A stretch of DNA of 64,000 bases from Candidatus Omnitrophota bacterium. Lineage in GTDB: Bacteria > Omnitrophota > Gorgyraeia > Tantalellales > Tantalellaceae. Each line of letters begins with the position of its first letter. Position 1 is the stretch's first letter. The notes beneath the pieces were generated by a model that was given only the letters and a program-made list of their open reading frames with translations, made no database searches and was not told the origin of the DNA. Shown here one piece after another: positions 34,304 to 44,215 of this stretch. The DNA is taken from NCBI GenBank assembly GCA_049642065.1, contig JBAROK010000099.1, positions 85,661-149,660 on the forward strand, written 5' to 3'. The position numbers and the translations under genes are program-made.

Positions 34304-34686
34304 TATTCTTTATACACATCCTTTGGATCGAAGATCCTTTCTTCATCCACTACCTTGTTGCCGCTATCATCTATCTTATTAAAATAACAGCTGAAATACC
34401 CTTTGTGACATGCAGCGCGGTTCTGCTCTACCTTAAAGAGAACGGAATTGTTCGCGCAATCTACCGCGATTTCCTTTACTGCCTGTACGCATCCTGAAGT
34501 CTCGCCTTTAAGCATCAGGCGTCCCTTGGACCTGCGGAACACGTATATCTTCTTCTCTTGCATGGTCTTCTCAACAGCTTCTCTTGTCATGTAACAAAGA
34601 GTAAGCACACGTGAAGACTTCTCGTCCTGTATGATCGCAGGGATCAGCCCCTTCTCATCAAAATTCAGTTCATCAATAAAACTCAT
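34303..34686 (-). CDS. hisI: phosphoribosyl-AMP cyclohydrolase (monofunctional, no HisE domain)
   Basis: C...HKGYFSCYF zinc-site motif. Start taken at the ATG (MSFIDELNF) with AGGAG RBS 5 nt upstream; the track start is TTG 15 nt further up. Confidence 0.85.
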   Translation of the reverse strand: MSFIDELNFDEKGLIPAIIQDEKSSRVLTLCYMTREAVEKTMQEKKIYVFRRSKGRLMLKGETSGCVQAVKEIAVDCANNSVLFKVEQNRAACHKGYFSCYFNKIDDSGNKVVDEERIFDPKDVYKE

Positions 34687-34697
34687 GTAAACTCCTC

Positions 34698-35456
34698 TCA
34701 ATCTCTTACAAGCACACCGTTCTCGCGCAAATATTCTTTTACTTCCCCAATCGAATATTCCTTAAAATGGAATATAGATGCCGCAAGCGCAGCATCAGCC
34801 TTCCCGTCCGTTAGAACCTCCAGAATATGTTCTCTGTTACCGCATCCGCCTGAAGCTATAACGGGTATCGATACAGCCTCGCTGACTGTTCGCGTTAAAT
34901 CTATGTCAAAACCATCCTTGGTCCCATCACGATCCATGCTGGTGAGAAGTATCTCACCGGCTCCCAGCTTCTCGACTTTCTTAGCCCATTCCAAAGCGTC
35001 TATGCCCGTAGCTTCCCGACCGCCTTTTACATAAACTTCCCAGGTGCCATCACCTCTACTTTTCGCATCGATCGCGACCACAATACACTGAGAACCGAAC
35101 TTCTGGCTACCTTCTTGAACCAGTTCGGGTCTTTCAACAGCGGAAGTATTCACAGATATCTTGTCACAGCCCGCGTTCAACAGTTCCCGTATATCCTCGG
35201 TCGTAGATATGCCTCCTCCAACCGTATACGGCATAAATACCTTTTCAGCCACCCGTTCAGCCACGTCCACCATCGTCTTGCGTTTCTCATGGCTGGCGGT
35301 TATATCAAGGAATACCAGCTCATCCGCCCCCTCATTGTTATAGATCTCGGCGTTCTGGACAGGATCCCCTGCATCTACCAGGTTAACAAAATTCACCCCT
35401 TTGACCACGCGCCCTTCTTTAACATCAAGACACGGTATTATCCGCTTTGCCAGCAT
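34698..35456 (-). CDS. hisF: imidazole glycerol phosphate synthase cyclase subunit
   Basis: [14 protein letters not shown]-terminus; 252 aa. Confidence 0.9.
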   Translation of the reverse strand: MLAKRIIPCLDVKEGRVVKGVNFVNLVDAGDPVQNAEIYNNEGADELVFLDITASHEKRKTMVDVAERVAEKVFMPYTVGGGISTTEDIRELLNAGCDKISVNTSAVERPELVQEGSQKFGSQCIVVAIDAKSRGDGTWEVYVKGGREATGIDALEWAKKVEKLGAGEILLTSMDRDGTKDGFDIDLTRTVSEAVSIPVIASGGCGNREHILEVLTDGKADAALAASIFHFKEYSIGEVKEYLRENGVLVRD

Positions 35457-36165
35457 CTATGGCCTCCTTAAGGTCTATGGTGCCTTCGTAAAGAGCTCTA
35501 CCAACGATAACGCCGACTAGACCCAATGGTTCCAGCTTCTTAAGCTGTTTTATATGCTCAACTGTTTTTACTCCGCCTGCGGAAATGAGTTTTATATCCA
35601 CTTCCTGCAGTATCTTTTCCAAATGATCAGTACTGGGACCTGTAAGCATACCGTCTTTCTGGATATCAGTATAGATCAGCTCCTTGGATCCGAAAGATAC
35701 GAGCTTTCTCAATATATCGAATAGATCCAGGTCCACACCTTCTTCCCATCCCTGTACCCTGAGTTCGAAATTGCTGGCATCGGCACTAAAGATGACTCTT
35801 TCCCTGAAATCCTGAATACATGCCCTGGCGAAATCCAGTTCCTGGAACGCCTTTGACCCGACAATTACTCTCCATACGCCGTGATCAAGCGCGCTCTTTA
35901 TATCAATCTCCTTACGGAAACCGCCACCCACCTCAACAGGTATATTAACGGCTTTAGTTATCTCTCTTACAGTCTCGAGATTAACGGGCCGGCCCTGTCT
36001 TGCCCCGTCCAAATCCACTACGTGAAGCATTTCCGCCCCAATGGCCTCCCATTTCCTGGCAGCTTCTACAGGTGAAACATCATAATTCAATTCACGATCG
36101 TATTTTCCCTGTTCAAGCCTGACGGTCTTACCGCCTATTATGTCTACAGCAGGTATAATTTTCAT
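35425..36165 (-). CDS. hisA: ProFAR isomerase
   Basis: MKIIPAVDI start, whose ATG overlaps the hisH stop as ATGA (36162-36165); the 5-prime-extended track ORF is a shadow. Confidence 0.85.
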   Translation of the reverse strand: MKIIPAVDIIGGKTVRLEQGKYDRELNYDVSPVEAARKWEAIGAEMLHVVDLDGARQGRPVNLETVREITKAVNIPVEVGGGFRKEIDIKSALDHGVWRVIVGSKAFQELDFARACIQDFRERVIFSADASNFELRVQGWEEGVDLDLFDILRKLVSFGSKELIYTDIQKDGMLTGPSTDHLEKILQEVDIKLISAGGVKTVEHIKQLKKLEPLGLVGVIVGRALYEGTIDLKEAIDAGKADNTVS

Positions 36166-36770
36166 AGTTTTGTGAAATTCTCCAACATCTTTAATCCGTT
36201 TTTCTGTGACCTTTCGGGATGGAACTGAACCGCATAGATATTGTCCTTCCATAAAGCGGACGTATACTCTAAACCATACTCGGTAATACCGCAGGTGCTT
36301 TCCTCTTCGGCATTATCACAATAATACGAGTGCACGAAATAGAAATACGACTCGTCCTTTATCCCCTCAAACAGGGGACACCCCTGTTTGCTTATCTTTA
36401 CCGTGTTCCACCCGATCTGCGGAACTTTCAGGCTACCTCCACCAGGGAAAAGCTTGACGCTACCGCCAACTATACCAAGAGCATCACAACCGCCGCTTTC
36501 CTCGCTGCTCGTAAAAAGCAGCTGGAGCCCCAGGCAAATACCCAGGAACGGTTTCCCGCCTTCAATATACTCTTTTACCGGACTTGTTAAATCCCTGGAT
36601 GCAAGCCCTTCCATCGCATCTTTACTGGATCCAACCCCGGGAAAGACCATCTTGTCGATACCCTTAAGCGCGTCAGGATCCTCGCATATCTTCACATCTT
36701 CCCCGATATACCGAAAAGCGTTGTAAACGCTTCTGAGGTTCCCCGCTCCGTAATCAATAATACCGATCAT
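36162..36770 (-). CDS. hisH: imidazole glycerol phosphate synthase glutamine amidotransferase subunit
   Basis: 202 aa; GICLGLQ catalytic Cys. Confidence 0.9.
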   Translation of the reverse strand: MIGIIDYGAGNLRSVYNAFRYIGEDVKICEDPDALKGIDKMVFPGVGSSKDAMEGLASRDLTSPVKEYIEGGKPFLGICLGLQLLFTSSEESGGCDALGIVGGSVKLFPGGGSLKVPQIGWNTVKISKQGCPLFEGIKDESYFYFVHSYYCDNAEEESTCGITEYGLEYTSALWKDNIYAVQFHPERSQKNGLKMLENFTKL

Positions 36771-36774
36771 ATCC

Positions 36775-37413
36775 TTACAATATCCCTTTACTTGAAGGCA
36801 CTTTACCGGCCCTGCGCGGATCTATGCGCGTAGCGTTATCCATAGCTATCCCCAAAGCCTTGAAAACCGCTTCAAGATAATGATGCATATCACCTTCTCC
36901 GGCGATCTCAACATGAAGGTTCATTGCCATCTTATTAGAAAAACTCGTAAGAAAATCTTCCGCGTAATGCAGCGAATACTCTTCTTCGTCTTTTATTGCA
37001 TACCCGCCTGTCGCTAGTGACTGGGTAAAAACGAACGCAGGCCGATTCGAAAGATCCACAAGTACCTTCGCTTGTGCTTTATCCATCGGCACCTCCGCAG
37101 AAGAGGTTCTCACTATCCCCTTACAATCACCAAGAGCTTTTTTGAAAGCTTCGCCGAGCGCTAGCCCGATATCCTCGTTCAGATGATGATTATCCACGTG
37201 CGTATCCCCTGAAGCTTTCATCTCCAGATCAAAATACCCGTGATACGAGAACAGCGTAAGCATATGATCAAGAAACCCTATAGAAGTGGATATCTTTGTC
37301 TCCCCCGTACCATCAACATTCAACAGGGGTATCTTGATCTGCGTCTCTTTTGATTCCCTTAGGTAATCCGTTTTTCTTTCACCGCCGGATGAGCCTTTAC
37401 CAAAAATTCCCAT
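36775..37413 (-). CDS. hisB: imidazoleglycerol-phosphate dehydratase
   Basis: 212 aa; DxHH metal-binding motifs. Confidence 0.9.
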   Translation of the reverse strand: MGIFGKGSSGGERKTDYLRESKETQIKIPLLNVDGTGETKISTSIGFLDHMLTLFSYHGYFDLEMKASGDTHVDNHHLNEDIGLALGEAFKKALGDCKGIVRTSSAEVPMDKAQAKVLVDLSNRPAFVFTQSLATGGYAIKDEEEYSLHYAEDFLTSFSNKMAMNLHVEIAGEGDMHHYLEAVFKALGIAMDNATRIDPRRAGKVPSSKGIL

Positions 37414-37439
37414 AACTCCTCCAATCCTGAACTCAAATT

Positions 37440-38663
37440 TTATTCACACCGTATTCCCACTGAGTCCCAATGTTTTTCAAGTTTTTCTAGTTCCGTAAGG
37501 TCGCGTACCCATCCCGCAGATTCGGAAAGCGCTTTCCGCGAATACGAGATAATATGCGAACTCTTTATAAAACTCCTTAGGTTAAGCCCCGAAGAGTACC
37601 GGGCCGTTCCGCCTGTAGGCAACACATGACTTGGACCGGCCACGTAATCACCCAAAGCTACCGGAGTATACTGTCCCAGGAAAATAGCACCTGCGTTAGT
37701 TATGTTCTTAAGTATCCTTTTAGGGGACTTCACCATAAGCTGCAAGTGTTCCGGAGCTATTTTGTTCGATACCTCTGCCGCCTCTTCAAGGTTCTTGACC
37801 TTGATTATATAACCTGTGATTTCCGGATCCTTATGCAGCGCATTGAAAACCTTACTTGACGGCGTCACAAGAACCGATAACCCTTTATGATGCTCTGCCT
37901 GCGCCTGGAGATCTTTTTTGAGGTAATCAATGTTCGTGTGCTGGTTAGCAATTATAAGCACCTCGCTGGGTCCAGCAAGCATGTCTATATCACAATAACC
38001 GAAAACCTGCCTTTTAGCTTCGGTAACGTATTCGTTCCCCGGACCTACTATCTTATCCACCCTTGGAATAGTCTTCGTACCATAAGCCAACGCTCCTATC
38101 GCCTGAGCGCCACCTACCTTGTATATCTCATCTACCTTTAAAAGATCCGCCACAACAAGTATGTAAGGATCGATGCTTTTATGTTCATTAGGTGGAGATA
38201 CCAGTATGATCTTTTTCACTCCCGCGATCTTTGCCGGCAGTACCGTCATATAAACGCTTGATACCAAAGGCACCGTCCCGCTGGGCACGTATACACCGAC
38301 TCTTTCTATCGGTTCGAACTTTTCACCGAGCTCTATCCCCGATTCGTGCTGGATAGACCACGACTTGGGAACCTGGTTCTTATAGAACTTGTCGATATTC
38401 CTGATGATCTTTTTAAGCGTGTTCACTATCTCAGGTTTTATCCCCTGATACGCACCGCTTATTTCCGCCTCACTAACGCGGAGATCCTTTTTCTTCATGT
38501 TTACTTTATCGAACCTGTTCGTGTATCTTAAAACGGCATTATCACCTTCTGTGCGGACCTTCTCAAGTATCCCGGCAACCGTTTTCTGAAGACGGATCCT
38601 GCCTTGATCGTGTCTGCTAACCAGACTATCAAAAACTTTACTACCAACTTTTATACTTCTCAT
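37440..38663 (-). CDS. hisD: histidinol dehydrogenase
   Basis: ~407 aa from the internal Met (MRSIKV); typical HisD core. Confidence 0.85.
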   Translation of the reverse strand: MRSIKVGSKVFDSLVSRHDQGRIRLQKTVAGILEKVRTEGDNAVLRYTNRFDKVNMKKKDLRVSEAEISGAYQGIKPEIVNTLKKIIRNIDKFYKNQVPKSWSIQHESGIELGEKFEPIERVGVYVPSGTVPLVSSVYMTVLPAKIAGVKKIILVSPPNEHKSIDPYILVVADLLKVDEIYKVGGAQAIGALAYGTKTIPRVDKIVGPGNEYVTEAKRQVFGYCDIDMLAGPSEVLIIANQHTNIDYLKKDLQAQAEHHKGLSVLVTPSSKVFNALHKDPEITGYIIKVKNLEEAAEVSNKIAPEHLQLMVKSPKRILKNITNAGAIFLGQYTPVALGDYVAGPSHVLPTGGTARYSSGLNLRSFIKSSHIISYSRKALSESAGWVRDLTELEKLEKHWDSVGIRCE

Positions 38664-38664
38664 C

Positions 38665-41364
38665 CTATCCCCTTTGCTCAATAACGTTCTTTGCCTCGTC
38701 TATAGCAGCCTTAAGCCCTTCCGGCTTCTTCCCGCCGGCCTGCGCAAAAACATCTTTACCTCCACCGCTACCTTCGATATTTTTTGAAACCGCACTTATC
38801 ACTTCCTTAGCGCTAAACCCTTTGTTCACCAAGTCAGGCGTTACTGCGCATACCAAATAGGCCTTATCGCCTTCACCCGAACCCATAAGAATAATGCCAG
38901 ACTTTATTTTTTTCTCAAGATACCCTATAACCTTGCGAAGCACTTGCATATCCTGCTCCCTACTTTCTATGATTCCGGCAATAAGATCGACTTCACCGAT
39001 CTTTGTCGGGCTACCCGCTAATTCGTCCGCTTTGTTTTTCGCCTCGCTGAAAGCATCATCCTGTTTTTTCTTCTGATCCTTTTTAGCAGCCTTTTCGAGA
39101 CGTTCACGAGCCCCTAAAAGTGCGGGCCTTATCTTTTCATCAAAAATGCTTATTGTTTTTCTGTCCACTTTCAGTTTTCCGCTAATGATATCTTTAGCGT
39201 TATTTTCTATATCTTTCTCTATACCAATATCTCCCGCTGCAGATTTCTGACATTCCCTTAGAAGGCTTTCAAGTGTTTCACGCACCCACCGGCCCGCATT
39301 CTCGCCAGTCACAGCTTCTATACGCCGTATACCGCTCGCCACAGAACTTTCGGCTATGATCTTGAACGCACCAATATCGGAGGTGTTATCAACATGCGTC
39401 CCTCCGCACAGTTCCTTAGAATAATCGCCTACTGAAACAACGCGTACGGTATCATCGTATTTCTCTCCAAAGAAAGAAAGCGCGCCTTCTTCTTTAGCCT
39501 GGTCCAGAGCTTTAACCTCTTTGCATACCGGAACACTTTCTTCTATCCAGCCATTCACTATATTTTCAACTTTTTCGATCTCCCGCTGTGAAAGTTTTTT
39601 CATATGCGTAAAATCGAACCTGAGCCGTTTATCGTCTACCGCCGAACCTGACTGTTTGACCTGCTCCCCAAGCACTTCACGAAGAGCCGCCTGCAAAAGA
39701 TGCGTAGCCGTATGGTTTAATGCTGTCCTTTGTTTCTTGCCCGCATCAAGATGAAGTGTTACCTTATCACCTTGTGTAAGACTTCCTTTCTTTACAAAAA
39801 CTACCAGCACCTTCCGGCCGTCAGTTTCAAGGGTATCAAGCACTTTTATATCAGAACCCGCTTTTTCAATATGGCCTGTATCCCCTGCCTGGCCTCCTCC
39901 TTCAGCGTAAAACTTGCCGCTTTGCGGCGAGGTTACTATTTCCGCCCTATCACCTTTACCTATACTTTCAACAGCTTCATCTGCGCAAAGGATGAACTCA
40001 ACCGTAGTATTAAGAGGCAGTTCATCAGAATTTTCCGGTTTCTCTACTCCCGAAAACTTATCGGGCTTAAAGATAAAGTCTTCGGTTATATCGCTACCCC
40101 TCCTGGACTGCTCGCGCCTTTCGTCCATAAGACGCTCAAATCCTTCCATGTCCAAAGCTATACTTGATTCTTCTTCTATCACATCAACGGGCAATCCGTA
40201 AGTATCAACCAGTTTAAATATACACTCACCTGAAAGTTTCTCGGGATGGGAAGACAACATCCCTTCAAGTACCGGTACCGCTGAGTTAAGCGTATCGCTG
40301 AATCTCTTCTCTTCTTCCTCGACTATAGCACTTATATGCTCTCTCTTTTCTTCCAGATCAGGATAAGCATCTTTCATCGCACTCACTACAGCAGGAACAA
40401 CGTTGTACAAGAACGGACCTTTCCTATCACCCTTCAGATATGCCCTCCTTATAAGTTTTCTTACAACGTATCCCTGTTTCTCATTAGACGGAGACACCCC
40501 ATCACATATAGCGAACGTTACCGCTCTTATATGATCAGCTATAAGGTTAACTTCTCTCTTATCCAGCTTACCCGCTACAATGGTTTTAATCTGTTTTATG
40601 ATCGGCGCAAATATGTCCGTATCAAAATTCGTCTTAACTGTCTGCATAACTGCAGCTATACGCTCAAGACCCATACCTGTATCAATGTTCTTATTGGGCA
40701 ACGGATCCAGCCTCCCGTCAGGTTTTCTTTCAAACTGCGTGAAAACTAGATTCCATACTTCCAGAAATCTGTCGCAGTCGCAGGCAGGCGTACAATCCTT
40801 TTTCCTACAACCTACGTCCTCACCCTGATCATAGAATATCTCCGAGCACGGTCCGCACGGCCCGTTCGGACCTTTTGAAGGTGCATCAGCAGGCCAGAAA
40901 TTGTCGTGTTCCCCGAGCTTAACGATCTTCCCAGCGGGAACCTTTATATCGTTAACCCATATCTGGTAAGCCTCGTCATCATCCTTGTAAACGGAAACCC
41001 ACAGTTTATCTTCTGGAATAGCCATCTCTTTGGTCATGAACTCCCATGCCCATGCGATAGCTTCTTTCTTGAAATAATCACCGAAAGAAAAATTACCGAG
41101 CATCTCGAAAAAAGTGTGATGCCTCGGCGTCCTGCCCACGTTCTCAAGATCTCCCGTACGAAAACATTTCTGACAGGATGCGGCACGTGAATACGTAATC
41201 TTCTTGCCCATGAACTGTTCTTTGAACTGGTTCATGCCGGCACCGGTAAAAAGTAACGTCGGATCGTTTTGCGGAACAAGAAGGTCGCTTTCAACAACTG
41301 TGTGCTTCTTGCCATCAAAAAAATCCAGAAACCTTTGTCTTATCTCGGAAGTTGAGATTCCCAT
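38665..41364 (-). CDS. alaS: alanine--tRNA ligase
   Basis: Class II motifs and editing-domain HxxxH; C-terminal DHHA1. Start at MGISTSEIRQRFLDFF (canonical AlaS N-terminus) rather than the extended track ORF. Confidence 0.95.
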   Translation of the reverse strand: MGISTSEIRQRFLDFFDGKKHTVVESDLLVPQNDPTLLFTGAGMNQFKEQFMGKKITYSRAASCQKCFRTGDLENVGRTPRHHTFFEMLGNFSFGDYFKKEAIAWAWEFMTKEMAIPEDKLWVSVYKDDDEAYQIWVNDIKVPAGKIVKLGEHDNFWPADAPSKGPNGPCGPCSEIFYDQGEDVGCRKKDCTPACDCDRFLEVWNLVFTQFERKPDGRLDPLPNKNIDTGMGLERIAAVMQTVKTNFDTDIFAPIIKQIKTIVAGKLDKREVNLIADHIRAVTFAICDGVSPSNEKQGYVVRKLIRRAYLKGDRKGPFLYNVVPAVVSAMKDAYPDLEEKREHISAIVEEEEKRFSDTLNSAVPVLEGMLSSHPEKLSGECIFKLVDTYGLPVDVIEEESSIALDMEGFERLMDERREQSRRGSDITEDFIFKPDKFSGVEKPENSDELPLNTTVEFILCADEAVESIGKGDRAEIVTSPQSGKFYAEGGGQAGDTGHIEKAGSDIKVLDTLETDGRKVLVVFVKKGSLTQGDKVTLHLDAGKKQRTALNHTATHLLQAALREVLGEQVKQSGSAVDDKRLRFDFTHMKKLSQREIEKVENIVNGWIEESVPVCKEVKALDQAKEEGALSFFGEKYDDTVRVVSVGDYSKELCGGTHVDNTSDIGAFKIIAESSVASGIRRIEAVTGENAGRWVRETLESLLRECQKSAAGDIGIEKDIENNAKDIISGKLKVDRKTISIFDEKIRPALLGARERLEKAAKKDQKKKQDDAFSEAKNKADELAGSPTKIGEVDLIAGIIESREQDMQVLRKVIGYLEKKIKSGIILMGSGEGDKAYLVCAVTPDLVNKGFSAKEVISAVSKNIEGSGGGKDVFAQAGGKKPEGLKAAIDEAKNVIEQRG

Positions 41365-41365
41365 A

Positions 41366-41845
41366 TCATTCACCAAGCGCTTCGTTAACCGCCTCTTCGG
41401 CAACTTCAGCGTCAAAACCCCTTCTAAGAAGAAAACTGTACAGCCGCGCTTTCATCTTATTGTCAGGCTGGCCGCTTTCTCCCTGCAGCATATCTTTTAA
41501 TAGCTCAAGAGCGATCGCTCTCTCATCAAGTCCTTCTTCTCTCTGCGACATTGCTTCCTCTATAACTTCCTTCGAAACTCCCTTTTTCGTGAGCTCGTCC
41601 TTGAGTCCTTTGACTCCGCGCGGGTTCGTCCTTAACCGCGAATCTATCCAGTCGCCAGCAAACTTAAGGTCATTTACAAGCCCTTCCTCCTTAAGCACGC
41701 CTACTATCCCGGTGATCACTTCATCCGCGTATCCTTTTTCTTCCATCCGGGACTTTAGTTCATATTCTGTTCTGGGCCGTAAAGATATCAGCCGCAGACA
41801 GTAATTCTTACACCTTTTAAGTTCCTTGTCCCTATCTTTGCGCAT
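41366..41845 (-). CDS. recX: RecA regulator RecX
   Basis: Three-helix repeat architecture (RCKNYCLRLISLRPRTEYELKSRMEEKGY). Start at the internal Met downstream of the recA stop. Confidence 0.75.
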   Translation of the reverse strand: MRKDRDKELKRCKNYCLRLISLRPRTEYELKSRMEEKGYADEVITGIVGVLKEEGLVNDLKFAGDWIDSRLRTNPRGVKGLKDELTKKGVSKEVIEEAMSQREEGLDERAIALELLKDMLQGESGQPDNKMKARLYSFLLRRGFDAEVAEEAVNEALGE

Positions 41846-41879
41846 ATGGTCTATACTTTGAGTGGCTCCGAGGATACGC

Positions 41880-42923
41880 TTAATTTGAGGAGCTGATGAC
41901 CTTTTTGACTTCAGTCTCAATCCTCTTCATCAGTTTGGGATTTTCCCTAAGGTACATCCGGGCGTTCTCTTTTCCCTGACCTATCTTCTCTTCCCCGAAT
42001 GAAAGCCAAGTCCCGCTCTTCTTTATCACTCCGGTCTCTTCTCCCATATCGATGATCCCCGATGAACGTGATATCCCTTCGTCGAACATGATATCAAACT
42101 CGGCCTGTTTGAAGGGCGCCGCGACCTTGTTCTTTACGACTTTTGCTCTGACGCGGCTGCCGATAACTTGATCCCCTTTCTTAAGGGATGCTATACGCCT
42201 TAAATCTATCCTTACCGAAGAATAAAACTTAAGTGCCCTGCCTCCAGTGGTCGTCTCAGGATTACCGAACATGACGCCTATCTTCATGCGGATCTGGTTT
42301 ATAAAAATAACGCATGTTTTGGATTTGCTTATAGCTCCTGTCAATTTACGCAGTGCCTGGCTCATAAGACGTGCCTGGAGTCCCACGTGGGAATCCCCCA
42401 TATCGCCTTCAAGCTCTTTCCTCGGAGTTAATGCCGCGACTGAGTCTATAACGACGACGTCCACCGCGTTGCTTCTTACCAGGGTTTCCGCAATCTCAAG
42501 CGCCTGTTCACCGCTATCCGGCTGCGATATCAGCAAGCTATCCAGGTTAACCCCGATCTTCTTAGCGTAAGGGGGATCGAACGCGTGTTCAGCATCTATG
42601 AATGCTGTCTCCCCGCCCGCCTTCTGTGCCTGAGCAAGTATACTTAACGTAAGTGTGGTCTTCCCGCTGGATTCAGGTCCGAATATCTCTATTACTCTGC
42701 CGCGCGGCACACCGTTTACCCCTAAAGCAAGGTCAAGACCAAGCGCACCGGTAGATATAGCATCTACCTCGGCCTTGTAGCCTTGTCCCATCTTCATAAT
42801 GGCGCCTGCGCCGAAATCTTTTTCAATCTTGCTAAGCGCCGTCTCCAGTGCTTTTTTCTTGCCGGATTCACCTGCAGTTGAAACACTTTTCTCAGAAGCT
42901 TGCCCCTTGGATGTTCTAGTCAT
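41880..42923 (-). CDS. recA: recombinase RecA
   Basis: Walker [10 protein letters not shown] and L2 loop; 347 aa. Confidence 0.95.
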   Translation of the reverse strand: MTRTSKGQASEKSVSTAGESGKKKALETALSKIEKDFGAGAIMKMGQGYKAEVDAISTGALGLDLALGVNGVPRGRVIEIFGPESSGKTTLTLSILAQAQKAGGETAFIDAEHAFDPPYAKKIGVNLDSLLISQPDSGEQALEIAETLVRSNAVDVVVIDSVAALTPRKELEGDMGDSHVGLQARLMSQALRKLTGAISKSKTCVIFINQIRMKIGVMFGNPETTTGGRALKFYSSVRIDLRRIASLKKGDQVIGSRVRAKVVKNKVAAPFKQAEFDIMFDEGISRSSGIIDMGEETGVIKKSGTWLSFGEEKIGQGKENARMYLRENPKLMKRIETEVKKVISSSN

Positions 42924-42962
42924 ATCACCCTCCTATGTAATTATTAATATTATTTTTCGTCT

Positions 42963-42990
42963 ATTATACTATAGGTCCTGAATAATTCAA
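42963..42990 (-). promoter_or_regulatory. sigma70-like recA promoter (-35 TTGAAT, 16-nt spacer, extended -10 TATAGTATAAT)
   Basis: Read on the minus strand in the 209-bp thpR-recA intergenic region. AGGAGGGTGA RBS follows. Confidence 0.5.
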
Positions 42991-43132
42991 TAAATAATAT
43001 GCGGATTAACTCGCCCCCCTTGCCAGGCGGTCAGCTGTCTGGCTTTAAGTTCCCCTAAAAGAGAAGAAAAGGATCCACTGTAAGAAGACACATTTACCGG
43101 GAATATCCTTTCACAATTTGTGGGAACGGGGA

Positions 43133-43711
43133 TTACCCTTCAAGTTCTGCGGTCGCCAAGGCCGTATATACGGCGCCTTGGGAAGAAAGTTCTGACTTAA
43201 AAAGGATTATCTTCGAGATATGATTTGAAACGGGCTCAACCTTTACGGTCTCTGCCTGTTTTTTTAGCTCATTTTTATTCTTTGCGCTTCTTATCCTACC
43301 AAGAGTAAGATGCGGGCTGTATTCTCTTTTCTCTTTTTCGAAGCCTTCTGCTTGCATAGCCTCTTCCGCTTTCAATGACAGCTCTTTTACTTTATCTGCA
43401 CCCTCTCCCAACCCTACCCAGATCACCTTAACGTAATCCCATTTAGGGAATACTCCTATACCTTCCAGAACAACATTGAACGGTGCTACCCCAAGCACGA
43501 TATCTTTTAACTTTTCTGAGATTCTAACGACTTTATCTTCTTCCACATACCCGAGGAATTTCAAGGTAAGATGTATAGAGCCGGGTTTGACCCATTTCAC
43601 GTCAGCGTTCGATTCTTCCAGGATACCGGTTATGCGTGCGAACTCTTCCCGGGCCTCATCTGAAAGTTCCAGCGCAATGAACGTACGTATTTTCTGGGCC
43701 TTCTCGTTCAT
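43133..43711 (-). CDS. thpR: RNA 2-prime,3-prime-cyclic phosphodiesterase (2H phosphoesterase, LigT/ThpR)
   Basis: Two H-x-T-x motifs (HLTLKF, HLTLGR). Confidence 0.8.
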   Translation of the reverse strand: MNEKAQKIRTFIALELSDEAREEFARITGILEESNADVKWVKPGSIHLTLKFLGYVEEDKVVRISEKLKDIVLGVAPFNVVLEGIGVFPKWDYVKVIWVGLGEGADKVKELSLKAEEAMQAEGFEKEKREYSPHLTLGRIRSAKNKNELKKQAETVKVEPVSNHISKIILFKSELSSQGAVYTALATAELEG

Positions 43712-44175
43712 ATGTTCTCTGCTATCAGTTTCAGGACAGCTTCTGCGAACTTTTGTTTTATCTCTCGTCGGGTACCTTTAAAGTTCACTTTTTTCGTCTT
43801 TTTTCGCTTACCAGAAACGACTGCTATATACGCCGTGCCAACAGGTTTGCTGGCACTTCCGCCAGTGGGGCCTGCTATACCTGTCACTGCGGCAGCCACA
43901 TCCGAATCCAACTCTGCTTTTATCCCTTCGGCCATTGACTGAGCCACCTGCCGGCTGACCGCTCCGTATTCTTTTATAAGCGATTGCGGTACCTTTAAAA
44001 CAGACGTCTTAACATCGTTCGAATACGCTACAACTCCTCCTGAAAAATATCTAGAACTACCTGATATATCCGTAATACGGCTAGCAATAAGGCCTCCCGT
44101 ACACGATTCTGCAACAGCAAGAGTCTTCTTTTTGCGTTTAAGAATTTTAGCTATTTTTATTTCGAGTGAGTCCAT
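43708..44175 (-). CDS. pncC: CinA C-terminal domain protein / NMN amidohydrolase
   Basis: 155 aa; AVAESCTGGLIA motif. Confidence 0.8.
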   Translation of the reverse strand: MDSLEIKIAKILKRKKKTLAVAESCTGGLIASRITDISGSSRYFSGGVVAYSNDVKTSVLKVPQSLIKEYGAVSRQVAQSMAEGIKAELDSDVAAAVTGIAGPTGGSASKPVGTAYIAVVSGKRKKTKKVNFKGTRREIKQKFAEAVLKLIAENI

Positions 44176-44215
44176 GAAAGCATTATAACATGCTGGGGTG
44201 AAATTCGAAACTCGA

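Noticed and set aside
42924-43132. LexA/SOS box upstream of recA
   Set aside because: I looked for CTGT-N8-ACAG and CGAAC-N4-GTTCG type boxes around the recA promoter. I found only an unrelated short CAGCTG-centred near-palindrome (43025-43044), with no convincing match.
44176-44215. Internal promoter TTCGAA-16-TATAAT immediately upstream of pncC inside the 40-bp gap after the giant gene
   Set aside because: The hexamers are there (the -10 TTATAAT sits 7 nt before the ATG). But that would leave no room for an RBS, and pncC may simply be co-transcribed with the giant gene. Not supportable without TSS data.
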